Below, piece by piece: positions 1-9,802 of a DNA stretch of 64,000 nucleotides; the first letter of the stretch is position 1, and each line of letters begins with the position of its first letter. The stretch covers positions 800,001 through 864,000 of the forward strand of contig OZ242005.1 of the NCBI GenBank assembly GCA_965204725.1, given 5' to 3'. A program made the position numbers and the translations under genes. The notes beneath the pieces are model-generated. The model saw nothing but the letters and a program-made list of their open reading frames with translations. It made no database searches and had not been told where the DNA came from. The stretch comes from Candidatus Latescibacterota bacterium (GTDB taxonomy: Bacteria; Latescibacterota; UBA2968; UBA8231).

Positions 1-2485
1 CCATCTCGCGCATCTGTGCGATCAGGGCAGTCTCCAATTCCGCCGCCTCGTCAAAGCGCTTCTGCGAGTTGCGCGCAACTCCCGCGTGGACAAAGGCGGT
101 CAGGGCCGTATCGTTGCTGGCGATGCCCAGCCGCTCCAAGTCGAACAGGGCACCACGCACCCTCTCGGCACTCAGGCCGGATACGCCCATTAGCTCGTCA
201 GTGGAGATGCCCTCGTCCGGGTCGGCATCGATCAGGGTCTCGGCGATTCTGAGCAGCCGTTGCCGATAGTCGTCGGTCCCGGCCGCCTTGGCCAATCGCC
301 TGCGTACTTCCCGCACCGAATCTACCCGCAGAGACGAAGGAAACACCTGCACTTGGTTCTCCTCCCGGGTCAGCAGTACCGCCTCCTCAAGCCAAGAGAC
401 GGCCGTGCGCACCCGGGTGTCGTCCGTGGCGGAGTCCCGCCCGAAGACCTTTTCCTCGTCCTCGCCGAGGATCTCGCCGGCCGTGGCTACGACCTCGCCA
501 CTCAGACGCTTTTTCCGATCCAAGTTGCGCAACGCTTTCAGGACGCCGCGGATTTCCCGCTGGGTGAGCCGCGAATATGCCGACAGGCGAAACTGCCTCT
601 CCACATCGTCCGGCGCATAGAGCAGCACGCAACGCGCCATCTGTCGGTCGCGGCCGGCGCGGCCGGCCTCCTGTATGTAGTTCTCCAGCGATCCTGGGAT
701 GTCGGCGTGGATCACCAGCCGCACGTCCGGCTTGTCGATGCCCATGCCGAAGGCATTGGTAGCCGCGATCACGCGCAATTCGCCGCCGATGAAACGCTGC
801 TGCACATCCTTCTTGGTCTCCGGCGACAGCCCGGCGTGGAAGTAATCCGCCGCGATCTCCTTGTTCTGCAGGAACTCCGCCACCTTTTCGGTCTGCCGTT
901 GCGTCGCACAATAGACAATGGCACCGCCGGGCGCATCCGGCGGCAGGCCATCCATTAGGATCTGATGGATATGCGCGAATTTCTCGCCGCCGGTCGTCGG
1001 CACCACTGTAAACTCCAGATTGGTGCGCCGGGCACCGCCGTTGAAGACCTTTAGACCTATATCAAGTTCGTCCCGAAAATGCTGCTTGATGTCCTCGACT
1101 ACGTCGGGTTTGGCGGTCGCAGTCAGGCACAGCACCGGCGGGACCGGGTCCGGTTTCGCCTTTTCGCGGATGAAGCGTCCCACGTAGCGATAATCCGGCC
1201 GGAAGTCGTGCCCCCACTTCGAGAGGCAATGGGCCTCGTCCAGCACCCAAGCCCCGATCTCGCGTTGATCGAGCACGCGGCGCAGGGAACGGTTGCGGAG
1301 TTGCTCTGGCGAGATGATGAGAATGCCGGCGTCGCCCAAACGCACCCGATCTAGCGCATCGGCCCGCTCAGGCATGGACAGCAACCCATTGATGGCCACG
1401 CACGATTCGATGCCATGGGCCTCCAGCCCCGCCACCTGATCCGCCATGAGCGCGACCAAGGGCGAAATCACCACCGCGAGCGCGCCGGTTTTGTCGTAGC
1501 GGGACAGGGCCGGAATCTGGTAGCAGAGCGACTTGCCAGTGCCGGTGGGCAGAATTGCCAAAACGTGCTCCCCGGCCATTGCCGCCTCAACGATGGACTG
1601 CTGCATAGGCTGTTGTTTGTCCTCGTCCTTCGGCTCCGGCCGGAAGTCGTCAAAGCCGAACCACCGTTTGAGCTCCTTGTTCGCGTCGTGTCGCTCCCCG
1701 CACCAAGCGCAGTCCACCTCGCCGCAGGGCCTATCCCGTAGTCGGCGAATCAACCTACCGGCTTCTGGAAATTGATGTCGAACCCACGGCGGCATCACGG
1801 AATTGCCGCCGGCAACCGACAGCCAAGCCAGCGCGAAAGCGAGCGGCCAGCCGCTTTGGGCGGCATTCTTTTGCACATCCCGACCGCAATTCTGACAGGC
1901 GATGTCCGCAAGTTGCTCGCGGATTGCCGCATTGGCCTCTGCGTCGCTTGGCCGGGGCGCATCCCTTATGGAAGCGAAAACAGCGTCGAACCCCGCGCTG
2001 TCGGGTCCCGTCCCGGTCAGCCAATGCCACGCGGCGAGCAAGCCACGCGACGCCTCGCGTAACGCCGATTGCTGATTGTCAAAGACTTCTAGCGCGAGCC
2101 GAGCGTCGAGTTCCGGGTCGTTCAATTGCCCGCGTTTGAGCGGTCCATCCTGATAGTGCTTGACGAGGTGGTGATAGGGATTGCGAGGAAAGGCCAACGG
2201 ATTGAGCCGTAGCGTATCCACCGTCGGCCGCTTCAACAGTCGGAGATCGGGCTTGACCGCCTTCATAAAGGGTAAATCGAAAGCGATCAGGTTGTGGCCG
2301 AGCAGAAAGTCCGCGCCCGTAGCAAACTTGTCGAGTTCCGCCAACGCGGCCGCTAAGTCGCCGCCTTGGAAGACCAGCGGTTGATCAATGTCTCGGCGCA
2401 CCGCGGCAAAGGCACGGATGCGGTGATCCTGCTTGCCGACTTCGAGGTCGAGCGAGAGGCAGCGCGACGAAAGGCTTGGATCCAT
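1..2485 (-). CDS. RecQ-family helicase with N-terminal DEDD-like exonuclease domain (3' end runs off the window)
   Basis: Translated by hand from ATG 2485 (absent from the ORF track because it has no stop in the window): SLDLEV and GHNLIAFDL exonuclease-like motifs, then LPTGTGKSLCYQ, SPLVALMADQV, DEAHCLSKWGHDFRPDY, ATNAFGMGIDKPDVR, QEAGRAGRD. Confidence 0.9.
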   Translation of the reverse strand, partial: MDPSLSSRCLSLDLEVGKQDHRIRAFAAVRRDIDQPLVFQGGDLAAALAELDKFATGADFLLGHNLIAFDLPFMKAVKPDLRLLKRPTVDTLRLNPLAFPRNPYHHLVKHYQDGPLKRGQLNDPELDARLALEVFDNQQSALREASRGLLAAWHWLTGTGPDSAGFDAVFASIRDAPRPSDAEANAAIREQLADIACQNCGRDVQKNAAQSGWPLAFALAWLSVAGGNSVMPPWVRHQFPEAGRLIRRLRDRPCGEVDCAWCGERHDANKELKRWFGFDDFRPEPKDEDKQQPMQQSIVEAAMAGEHVLAILPTGTGKSLCYQIPALSRYDKTGALAVVISPLVALMADQVAGLEAHGIESCVAINGLLSMPERADALDRVRLGDAGILIISPEQLRNRSLRRVLDQREIGAWVLDEAHCLSKWGHDFRPDYRYVGRFIREKAKPDPVPPVLCLTATAKPDVVEDIKQHFRDELDIGLKVFNGGARRTNLEFTVVPTTGGEKFAHIHQILMDGLPPDAPGGAIVYCATQRQTEKVAEFLQNKEIAADYFHAGLSPETKKDVQQRFIGGELRVIAATNAFGMGIDKPDVRLVIHADIPGSLENYIQEAGRAGRDRQMARCVLLYAPDDVERQFRLSAYSRLTQREIRGVLKALRNLDRKKRLSGEVVATAGEILGEDEEKVFGRDSATDDTRVRTAVSWLEEAVLLTREENQVQVFPSSLRVDSVREVRRRLAKAAGTDDYRQRLLRIAETLIDADPDEGISTDELMGVSGLSAERVRGALFDLERLGIASNDTALTAFVHAGVARNSQKRFDEAAELETALIAQMREM

Positions 2486-2607
2486 AATGATATATAGAAG
2501 GCGGTGGACATTCCCTATCTTCGCGGGTTAAAATTAGGACAAATAAAGGCACTCTCAAGAGTCAACCTAATGAACGCTAGGTAGCAAGCGATCTATATCT
2601 ATCCCTT

Positions 2608-3537
2608 ATGCAGCCCATTTCTTCTCCGTCCCCGCCCCTCTTTCCCGGGTTTACCGAATCCCGCCTAGCCCTCGCCGACCAAGTCGAAATGGCGTATATC
2701 GACAATGGCTGCGCTAGTGCCCATCCCCCTTTGGTGCTGCTGCACGGCGTCTTTGACAACAAGGCCACGTGGTTCCGCTTGGCCCGCCGCTTGCCCGGCC
2801 GTCGCATTATCGCCCCCGACTTGATCGGCCACGGGCGCAGTAGCAAGCCGAGTTTTGCCGCCCACCCAGCACACGAGCGCTACTCGCCCGACATGCAGGC
2901 CGGCTACCTCGCGGCCTTTATCGCCGCCCTCGGCTTGGATGACGCAATCCTCTTGGGCAATTCGCTCGGCGGCGGCTTGGCCCTGCGCTCGTACCTCAAC
3001 TTTCCCGCCCTCGCGGCCAAAGTGCGCGGACTCGTGCTCATCGCCGCGGCCGGCTATCCGCACGAACTCCCCCTGCACGTCCGCACCCTCGGGAGCTATC
3101 CGGGCAAGCTGTTGAGCCACGCGCCAATCCACTCCTTGGCCCGCACATCCGGCCTGTTGCGCTTGGCTGTTTGGCGCACCTTCCGGCGCTGCTTCCACGA
3201 CCGCAGCAAAATCCCCCCCGAACTCGCAACGGTCGCTCGCACCGCACTGGCGACGCCCAACGCCGCGTATGCCTACCACTACTCAGCGCGGAACCTCATT
3301 CCTCCCGACGTAGCAACGTTCCACCAGTGCTTTGGCGACATCGCCTGCCCGACCTTGGTCTTGTGGGGCCGACAGGACCGCATCCTACCCGTGCGCTCGG
3401 CCCAGTGCTTCGCCGACGACCTGCCCTGCACCGATCTACACATCTTCCCCAACTGCGGCCACGCACCCCACCTCGAATACCCCGACGAGACGGCCGCCTG
3501 CATAGAGCGATGGTTGCAAAAGCACGCGGTTCTCTAG
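2608..3537 (+). CDS. Alpha/beta-fold hydrolase
   Basis: LLHG, DLIGHGRS, GNSLGG nucleophile elbow, WGRQD acid, CGHAPHLE catalytic His. Confidence 0.9.
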   Translation: MQPISSPSPPLFPGFTESRLALADQVEMAYIDNGCASAHPPLVLLHGVFDNKATWFRLARRLPGRRIIAPDLIGHGRSSKPSFAAHPAHERYSPDMQAGYLAAFIAALGLDDAILLGNSLGGGLALRSYLNFPALAAKVRGLVLIAAAGYPHELPLHVRTLGSYPGKLLSHAPIHSLARTSGLLRLAVWRTFRRCFHDRSKIPPELATVARTALATPNAAYAYHYSARNLIPPDVATFHQCFGDIACPTLVLWGRQDRILPVRSAQCFADDLPCTDLHIFPNCGHAPHLEYPDETAACIERWLQKHAVL

Positions 3538-3618
3538 CTATTCCCGTAAACATATCTGCAACTATTATCCAGCACCGGCGTCTAAGCTACAGAAAACCTT
3601 TTGATTAGGAGAGACTCC

Positions 3619-3846
3619 ATGCCACTGTATCGCCACGCAGAAGCCTCAGGCGCCCCAGACGAGATCATCGTGATCGAGGATCGGGGCATGCTCGGGCGCG
3701 ACCACCCCAGTTTTGAGTTTATCGACCCGCATACCGTCAAGGCCCATCCCCTCATTATCGAAGCCCTAATCGCAGATTCCGAGCGTTTGTGGACGCTTGG
3801 AGAAATACTCGCCGACCTAGAGGAGCACCCCGCAGTGAGTCCCTGA
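3619..3846 (+). CDS. Small hypothetical protein
   Basis: AGGAG upstream of ATG 3619; 75 aa acidic product; no recognised motif. Confidence 0.5.
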   Translation: MPLYRHAEASGAPDEIIVIEDRGMLGRDHPSFEFIDPHTVKAHPLIIEALIADSERLWTLGEILADLEEHPAVSP

Positions 3847-3995
3847 GCAACGACAAAAAACACCTGTTATACATCCCCCGTCCTCTTCCTCCCCGGCAAA
3901 ACCCAGTTCATCCCCTAGGCGAGCAGCGCCGCTACACTGAATTCTACGCGACCGACAGTTCGCGCCTTGATCTCTTTACGGGATAGCGACAGCGG

Positions 3996-5387
3996 TCAGT
4001 CGTAATCCGGCCCGCCGACCGGCCCCAGCAGCGTGCGATTCTCTGCGGGCGTCTGCATCGCGTCGAGAAAGTCCGCTAGGGCGTGCTGCATCCGCCGGGC
4101 TACCTCTCCATGCCCACCGATCACGTTCTGCTGCTGCTGGGGGTCGGTCTGCATATCGTATAGCTCGGGGGCACCGCCGTGCTCGCCATACGCCAAGTAG
4201 GTCCAGCGCTCGTCGGTCACCGTCGGCCCGCCGTTGCGGATAAAGGTCGAGCTGAAGGCGTACTGCCGCGGCCACGCGGCCGAGCCGGTCAGCAGCGGCA
4301 CCAGCGAGTGCCCATGCATGGCTAGGTCGCTCTTTTCCACGCCCGCTAAAGCCATCAGCGTCGGCAGCAAATCCACCGATTGCGTCAATGCGCTCACTCG
4401 CTGTCCGCCCGCGACCTCGGGGGCCGCAATCATCAGGGGGATGTGGCTAATCTCTTCGTACAGGGGCCAGACGCGGTCGTCCTCGGGGTGGATGTTGGAC
4501 TTGCCCGTGCGGTTGTGTTCGCCGACGAACATGCCGTGATCCGAGGTAAAGACCACCGCGCTGTTGTCGAATAGCCCGAGCTCCTCAACTTTGTCCAACA
4601 CGTAGCCGATCCACTTGTTGACCAAGTAAATCTCAGCCGCGTAGTGGGCTTGGAGGTTGGCCAGCTCCTCTTGGGTATAGGCCGTCGCCGGGCCGTAGTT
4701 CGGGTGGATCATCGGCGGGCCATCGTACCCCGATGCGTCGTAGCGGCCCACGAGGTGTTCCGGCGGGTCCCACGGCTCGTGCGCGTCGAAGAAATCCACC
4801 CACAGCAGGAAGGGCTCGCCGCCGCGATTTTCCTCCAGCCAGCGGCTCGCCATCTGTGCCGTGCGGACGCAGAAGCGATCTTCTTCCCAAGCCCAGTCGC
4901 GGTTGGTCCACGCATGTAGGGTCGCCAAATTGCCAAAGCGCGTCTTCGCCAGATGGGGATCAACCCGCGTCTTGGCCCCGGCCACCTCCATGCGCGGCGG
5001 CAGATCGCCCTTCAACAGCGGCTTGTCTCCCTCCTGCCCCCGAATCCAATACGCCCCGTCAAACCCCCGATCAAAGTGGTGGACGCCCTTCATCAGATGC
5101 GGCGTGTCGCAGATGAGTTGGCTCTGGTAGCCGGCCGCGCCGAAAATCGTGCTCAGCACCGGGATGCCGGCGGCGAGGGGTTGCCAGCCGTGGAAGGGAA
5201 AGCTGTAGCGGCCGGTAAAGAGGTCGGTGCGGTTGGGGATGGTCGGAAAGCTCGACAAATAGTGCCGGTCGAAGCACACCGCCCGCTCGGCAAAGCGGTC
5301 GAGTGCTGCGGTGCCGATCCACGCATTGCCGTTGCACCCCAGATAGTCGTAGCGAAAGGTATCGCTAACCAAGACGATGATGTTCAT
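3996..5387 (-). CDS. Sulfatase-like alkaline-phosphatase-superfamily hydrolase
   Basis: NIIVLVSDTFRYD, SFPTIPNRTDLFTGRY, DAHEPWDPP, FTSDHG, LYEEISHIPL, ELYD motifs. Confidence 0.9.
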   Translation of the reverse strand: MNIIVLVSDTFRYDYLGCNGNAWIGTAALDRFAERAVCFDRHYLSSFPTIPNRTDLFTGRYSFPFHGWQPLAAGIPVLSTIFGAAGYQSQLICDTPHLMKGVHHFDRGFDGAYWIRGQEGDKPLLKGDLPPRMEVAGAKTRVDPHLAKTRFGNLATLHAWTNRDWAWEEDRFCVRTAQMASRWLEENRGGEPFLLWVDFFDAHEPWDPPEHLVGRYDASGYDGPPMIHPNYGPATAYTQEELANLQAHYAAEIYLVNKWIGYVLDKVEELGLFDNSAVVFTSDHGMFVGEHNRTGKSNIHPEDDRVWPLYEEISHIPLMIAAPEVAGGQRVSALTQSVDLLPTLMALAGVEKSDLAMHGHSLVPLLTGSAAWPRQYAFSSTFIRNGGPTVTDERWTYLAYGEHGGAPELYDMQTDPQQQQNVIGGHGEVARRMQHALADFLDAMQTPAENRTLLGPVGGPDYD

Positions 5388-5471
5388 GGGAAATCTGCTC
5401 CTTGTATTTTTACAGCGTTCTTAAAGAGTGGCTCAAAGTATCTTGGGAACGAGGGCGTCTCGCCCTTGAAT

Positions 5472-6497
5472 CTACTCTCGTCTAATTTCATACTTGGCAT
5501 TTTCTGAAGCTATCAAAATGGATTTTTCGCCCCAAGATAGATTGAGCTCTAAAGGAAGCCTGTTGTCAATTACTTCTATTGCATGTATCGGTGGTCGTAT
5601 GTACTTCTTCACATAAACCGATAGAATTTGCCCTGCGTTACGCTCTATGTGTTCCCATGCTTCTTCCCCAGCCATAGCAATACCATTCGCGTTTATAAAT
5701 GCTTCGGCTAATTCCGTAAGACGAGGCGATGGAGTTGGATCCAACACGAGAAGGACAGGGGTAAATCCTGCCACTCGGCATTCTCGCGGAAAAGATAATT
5801 CCTCAGAAAAACGGCCCTGACCGCTTGCCGCAATGGTAACTCTGAGTTTGAATTCGTATGCCAAGTTTCCCTCTGCTAAAAAACAATCAATTTGACGGCC
5901 GTTTTTAGTTGAATTTCCGTTCTCATCTAAGCGTTTTACTGGTGAATTTCGCGCTCCAATAGGTTCTCCTCCTAAACAGCTCGCGAGAATAGGTTCAAAT
6001 AGATATCCCGTTTCTTGTGCAGATCGATTATCAATATCGTATATCCACTTTCTCCAAGTCATCCAGCTAAACAAAAGTTCAAGGTCACATAATCCAAATT
6101 CCAAGAGACTCCGAGGGCCAATCTGATCGGCTTGTGCAAGGGGCTGTGTCTCCAGAATTCGCTGGTACTTCACCCGTCGTCTATGGAGGGCGCATAGATT
6201 CTGAATATAGAGAGCAAAGTCGGGATGTTTCCCAACCGCATTGTCGAGTGCATGTAACAGCACCTTTGGGTTGGCATGAGGTATTTCACTTGTGGAAAAC
6301 CACGTTATAGGAATTTGGTAGTAGTCATTGGGAATTTCTATGTCGGATAACCCGAACTCAGCGAGAGGCCAGTTGAGATCTCGCATACTGATTGACAAAA
6401 GAACGTATAGTTCAGAGTCGGATATAATTACCTGTGCATCTCCCGTTCCGTGGATTTTGCACTTGCTCAGTAGGTGTCGAATTGAAGTAGTAGTCAT
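5472..6497 (-). CDS. Type II restriction endonuclease, ApaLI-like
   Basis: DNRSAQETGYLFEPILA and GRQIDC...AYEFKLRVTIAASGQGRFSEELSF match my recollection of R.ApaLI; low GC; adjacent to a C5 methylase. Confidence 0.85.
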   Translation of the reverse strand: MTTTSIRHLLSKCKIHGTGDAQVIISDSELYVLLSISMRDLNWPLAEFGLSDIEIPNDYYQIPITWFSTSEIPHANPKVLLHALDNAVGKHPDFALYIQNLCALHRRRVKYQRILETQPLAQADQIGPRSLLEFGLCDLELLFSWMTWRKWIYDIDNRSAQETGYLFEPILASCLGGEPIGARNSPVKRLDENGNSTKNGRQIDCFLAEGNLAYEFKLRVTIAASGQGRFSEELSFPRECRVAGFTPVLLVLDPTPSPRLTELAEAFINANGIAMAGEEAWEHIERNAGQILSVYVKKYIRPPIHAIEVIDNRLPLELNLSWGEKSILIASENAKYEIRRE

Positions 6498-6503
6498 AAA
6501 ACC

Positions 6504-7778
6504 TTACCCAAATAAGGTATCATTCCTTTTTAGCCGCTCTAGCAATCGCGCCGTCTTTCTGAGTACTGGACTCATTGCCGACGCCTTGGTCAAAGTGAAC
6601 CCTATCAGTGTTCCGTCTCCCATTTTTTCATTTGGCAAAAATCCATAACTTTTGATGTGTTCAGCAAAAATCTGTGCGAGTTTTGGCGGAATCGCATTGC
6701 CAATGTGCCGTATCTTATCAGACGCATTTCCCAAAAAGACAAACGAGTCTGGAAAAGTTTGGATTCTAGCGCACTCTCTAATAGTCAATGGCCGATCTTC
6801 AATGGGATGGATAAACTCTCGGCAAGCAGCCCCGGTAATCGTTAGACACGGCTCATCAAAGTGTAGTCTTTTCAGACCAGAAGGAGCACCTCCCCTTTTA
6901 TCTGAGGGCGTTCCATCCATTACCCGCCTATAGGCTCTTCTCCTAAAAGAACTGTGCTGCAACTCTGCGGGAAGATCCTTCATGGTTTGGCCTGGTTTTA
7001 AGGCGCGAATGCGCTCTGCTTGTGTATCATGAAGTAATGGACTAAAGTGATCTTCTATCTCACTAGTTCCATTCCGTATTTCACCTGCGGCAGAACTATA
7101 TCTCACCGCTTGATCCTTATTGGCAGACGGTTCGGGTAAATCGCCTATTGCATGCCTGAGCGTCAAGTTTGATTTTCTAAAAATAGCTCCATGAATATGC
7201 AGCACGGGCTGAGGCAAACCAAAATCGAGCCCCAAGCGATTGCCGATTACCAAAACGCGCTTTCTTCTCTGTGGAACTCCGTATTCGTGGGCATAGATTT
7301 TATCGACGCGTACCCGGTAGCCCAATTCGATAAATGCTTTGGTCGCTTCATATATGTACTCTCCACTTTTCGCCGTTAAAAGCCCTTCTACATTTTCCAT
7401 AATAAACCACTTTGGACCCATTATTTTTAGGGATTTAACATAGCTTTTTAATAAGCTATTCCTTGGGTCGTCCCAAAATTTGGCTCCAGCCGTGCTAAAG
7501 CCCTGACAAGGCGGCCCGCCAATTAAAACATCCAGCTCCCCTGCTTTAATTTTTAGTTTGTCGAGCAACGCACCAAAGTCAAACTCTCGCACATCACCTC
7601 GGGCGCAAATAGTATCTAGAAAGTTAGCTCTATAGGTCTTAACCGCCGCTAGGTCGCTGTCTAGGGCATACAGGATTTGATAACCAGCTTTCTTGAATCC
7701 CAATGAGCAACCACCTGCTCCGGCGAAAAGACTAAGCGCATTCGGCATCGTTGCTATCCTTTGCTGGGGGGCGTCCAT
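6504..7778 (-). CDS. DNA (cytosine-5) methyltransferase, M.ApaLI-like
   Basis: LFAGAGG, GGPPCQGFS, MENVEGL, YGVPQRRKR, RIQTFPD, IGNAIPP; start is 7778 or 7748. Confidence 0.95.
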   Translation of the reverse strand: MDAPQQRIATMPNALSLFAGAGGCSLGFKKAGYQILYALDSDLAAVKTYRANFLDTICARGDVREFDFGALLDKLKIKAGELDVLIGGPPCQGFSTAGAKFWDDPRNSLLKSYVKSLKIMGPKWFIMENVEGLLTAKSGEYIYEATKAFIELGYRVRVDKIYAHEYGVPQRRKRVLVIGNRLGLDFGLPQPVLHIHGAIFRKSNLTLRHAIGDLPEPSANKDQAVRYSSAAGEIRNGTSEIEDHFSPLLHDTQAERIRALKPGQTMKDLPAELQHSSFRRRAYRRVMDGTPSDKRGGAPSGLKRLHFDEPCLTITGAACREFIHPIEDRPLTIRECARIQTFPDSFVFLGNASDKIRHIGNAIPPKLAQIFAEHIKSYGFLPNEKMGDGTLIGFTLTKASAMSPVLRKTARLLERLKRNDTLFG

Positions 7779-7796
7779 GAAGCTCCTGAGCACTCC

Positions 7797-8696
7797 TCAT
7801 CGCGCCAACGCCCGGCGCAACGCCCCTTCCAATTCGGGATACGCGAACTCAAAACCAGCCTCCAACAACCGCGTCGGCCGCACCCGCTGGCTGGCCAGCA
7901 ACCCCTCCTCGGCCAACTCGCCCAAAAGCAACTTGGCTACCAACGCCGGCAGCGGCAACCACGTCGGCCGGCGCAACACGCGCCCCAACGTCCGCGTCAA
8001 CTCGGCGTTGGTCACCGGCTGCGGTGCCGTCAGGTTCACCGGCCCGCGCAAGGCGTCATTTTCCACGGCGTATATCAGCGCTGCCACCGCGTCCTCCAAG
8101 CCAATCCAGCTAACGTACTGCCGACCGTCGCCGACCTTGCCCCCCATCCCCAAGCGGAAGGGCAACAGCATCTTGGCCAAGGCCCCGCCCTCGCGGCTGA
8201 TTACCACGCCTAAGCGAGCGTGGACGACGCGGATGCCGGCCTCGGATGCCACCGCACTCGCCCCTTCCCACGCCGTGCCCAACTCGGCCAAAAACCCTGC
8301 GCCCGGGCCGCTCTCTTCGTCGAGCACCTCGTCGCCCCGATTCCCGTAAATGCCAATGGCCGACGCGCTAATCAGCACCGGCGGGGGCGCGTCCAACTCG
8401 GCCAAGCGTGCAGCGAGCAGCTCGGTGGTCTGCACTCGACTCTGTCGCAACTCGTCCTTGACGCGGGCCGTCCACCGCCGCGCTGCAATGTTCGCCCCCC
8501 CCAAATGCACCACCGCTTCCATCCCCTGTAGAGCCGCTTGCTCCAACTCGCCGGCAGCTGGGTCCCAGCGCACCGCTCCGCATACCGCCGGTCCCCGCAC
8601 CAAGCGCACCACCTCGTGTCCGTCGCGCTCCAAGCGGCGACAGAGCGCCGTACCAATCAAGCCGCTGCTGCCAGCTATCAGTACCTTCACTCGCAA
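7797..8696 (-). CDS. TIGR01777-family NAD-dependent epimerase/oxidoreductase
   Basis: GSSGLIG, SASAIGIYG, GDGRQYVSWI, GPVNLTAP, ASQRVRP...GFEFAYP. Confidence 0.9.
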   Translation of the reverse strand: MRVKVLIAGSSGLIGTALCRRLERDGHEVVRLVRGPAVCGAVRWDPAAGELEQAALQGMEAVVHLGGANIAARRWTARVKDELRQSRVQTTELLAARLAELDAPPPVLISASAIGIYGNRGDEVLDEESGPGAGFLAELGTAWEGASAVASEAGIRVVHARLGVVISREGGALAKMLLPFRLGMGGKVGDGRQYVSWIGLEDAVAALIYAVENDALRGPVNLTAPQPVTNAELTRTLGRVLRRPTWLPLPALVAKLLLGELAEEGLLASQRVRPTRLLEAGFEFAYPELEGALRRALAR

Positions 8697-9799
8697 TCTC
8701 CTTTCTCATCTAATTGCGGCAACACCGCGTGCAGCACCCTCGCAAAGGCTTGCCGCTCGGCGGCTGGCCCCACAGTCAGACGAATGCAGCGGTTGAGCGG
8801 GGCCACGCCCGGCATCCGCACGAAGACCCCGTGCTGCAAAAGCACCTGCATCAGGCCGCTCGCCCGCGAGCCACTGCCCACGTCGAGGGCCACGAAATTG
8901 GTCGCCGAGGGGACCGTTTTCAGGCCCAAGGCCATTGCTAGCTGGGCGTACTCCCGCCGGCCTTCCTCGACTTGCCGCACCACTTGCCGCACGAACTCGT
9001 CGTCGGCCAGCGAAGCCAGCGCCCCGGCTTGGGCGATGCGGTTGACGCCAAAGTGGTTGCGAACCTTGTCGAGCGCGGCCACCACGCGGCGGTGCGCCAG
9101 CGCGTAGCCGATTCTGGCCCCGGCCATGCCGTGCGCCTTGGAAAACGTCCGCAGCCGCACCACTTGGGCTTGCTCCATATCCAGCGGCAGGTGCGCGGGT
9201 GCGGGCGCGAAGTCGCTGTACGCCTCGTCGAGCAGGAGCACACAGCCCGGCGGCAACTCCGCGATGCACTCCCGCAACTCGTCGGCCCGCTGATAGGTGC
9301 CCATGGGGTTGTCCGGGTTGGCCACGTAAAGCAGCTTGGGGCGCACTTGCCGCGCCTTGGCCAACAGGGCCGGCAAATCCTCCCGATCGGCGCGATAGGG
9401 CACCTTGTGCAATATGGCCCCGTGCCCCTCGACGTGGTAGTTGAACGTGGGATAGGCCCCCAGCGAGGTCACTACCGAGTCGCCCGGCGCGACAAACAGG
9501 CGCACCAAAAGCCCCAAGAGCTCGTCAATGCCCGCCCCCAAGGCGACTTCTTCCCGCGCCACCTCGTGCCGCAACGCCAGCGCCGAACGCAGCTCGTACC
9601 CCTCTGGGTCGTTGTACCAATGCACTTGATCCACCGCCGCCACCATGGCCTGCCGCGCCCGCGGCGAGATCCCGAAATTACTCTCATTGGCTCCAACCCG
9701 CAGGGCGAGCGGCTGCCCCTGCTGCCTTTCGAGGGCCTCGGGCGGCACAAAGGGGACGGTCGGCGGCAGGGCGCGGACGATGCGCGTGAACGGCAGCAC
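8687..9799 (-). CDS. PLP-dependent aminotransferase, HisC-like
   Basis: GANES, NPDNPMG, LDEAY, RTFSKAHGMAGARIGY (PLP lysine), IRLTVG. Confidence 0.9.
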   Translation of the reverse strand: MLPFTRIVRALPPTVPFVPPEALERQQGQPLALRVGANESNFGISPRARQAMVAAVDQVHWYNDPEGYELRSALALRHEVAREEVALGAGIDELLGLLVRLFVAPGDSVVTSLGAYPTFNYHVEGHGAILHKVPYRADREDLPALLAKARQVRPKLLYVANPDNPMGTYQRADELRECIAELPPGCVLLLDEAYSDFAPAPAHLPLDMEQAQVVRLRTFSKAHGMAGARIGYALAHRRVVAALDKVRNHFGVNRIAQAGALASLADDEFVRQVVRQVEEGRREYAQLAMALGLKTVPSATNFVALDVGSGSRASGLMQVLLQHGVFVRMPGVAPLNRCIRLTVGPAAERQAFARVLHAVLPQLDEKGDCE

Positions 9800-9802
9800 G
9801 GG

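Noticed and set aside
5452-5466. AGGGCG-TCT-CGCCCT hairpin as island attachment site or terminator
   Set aside because: Single short copy, no matching repeat at the other island end and no U-tract; too weak to call.
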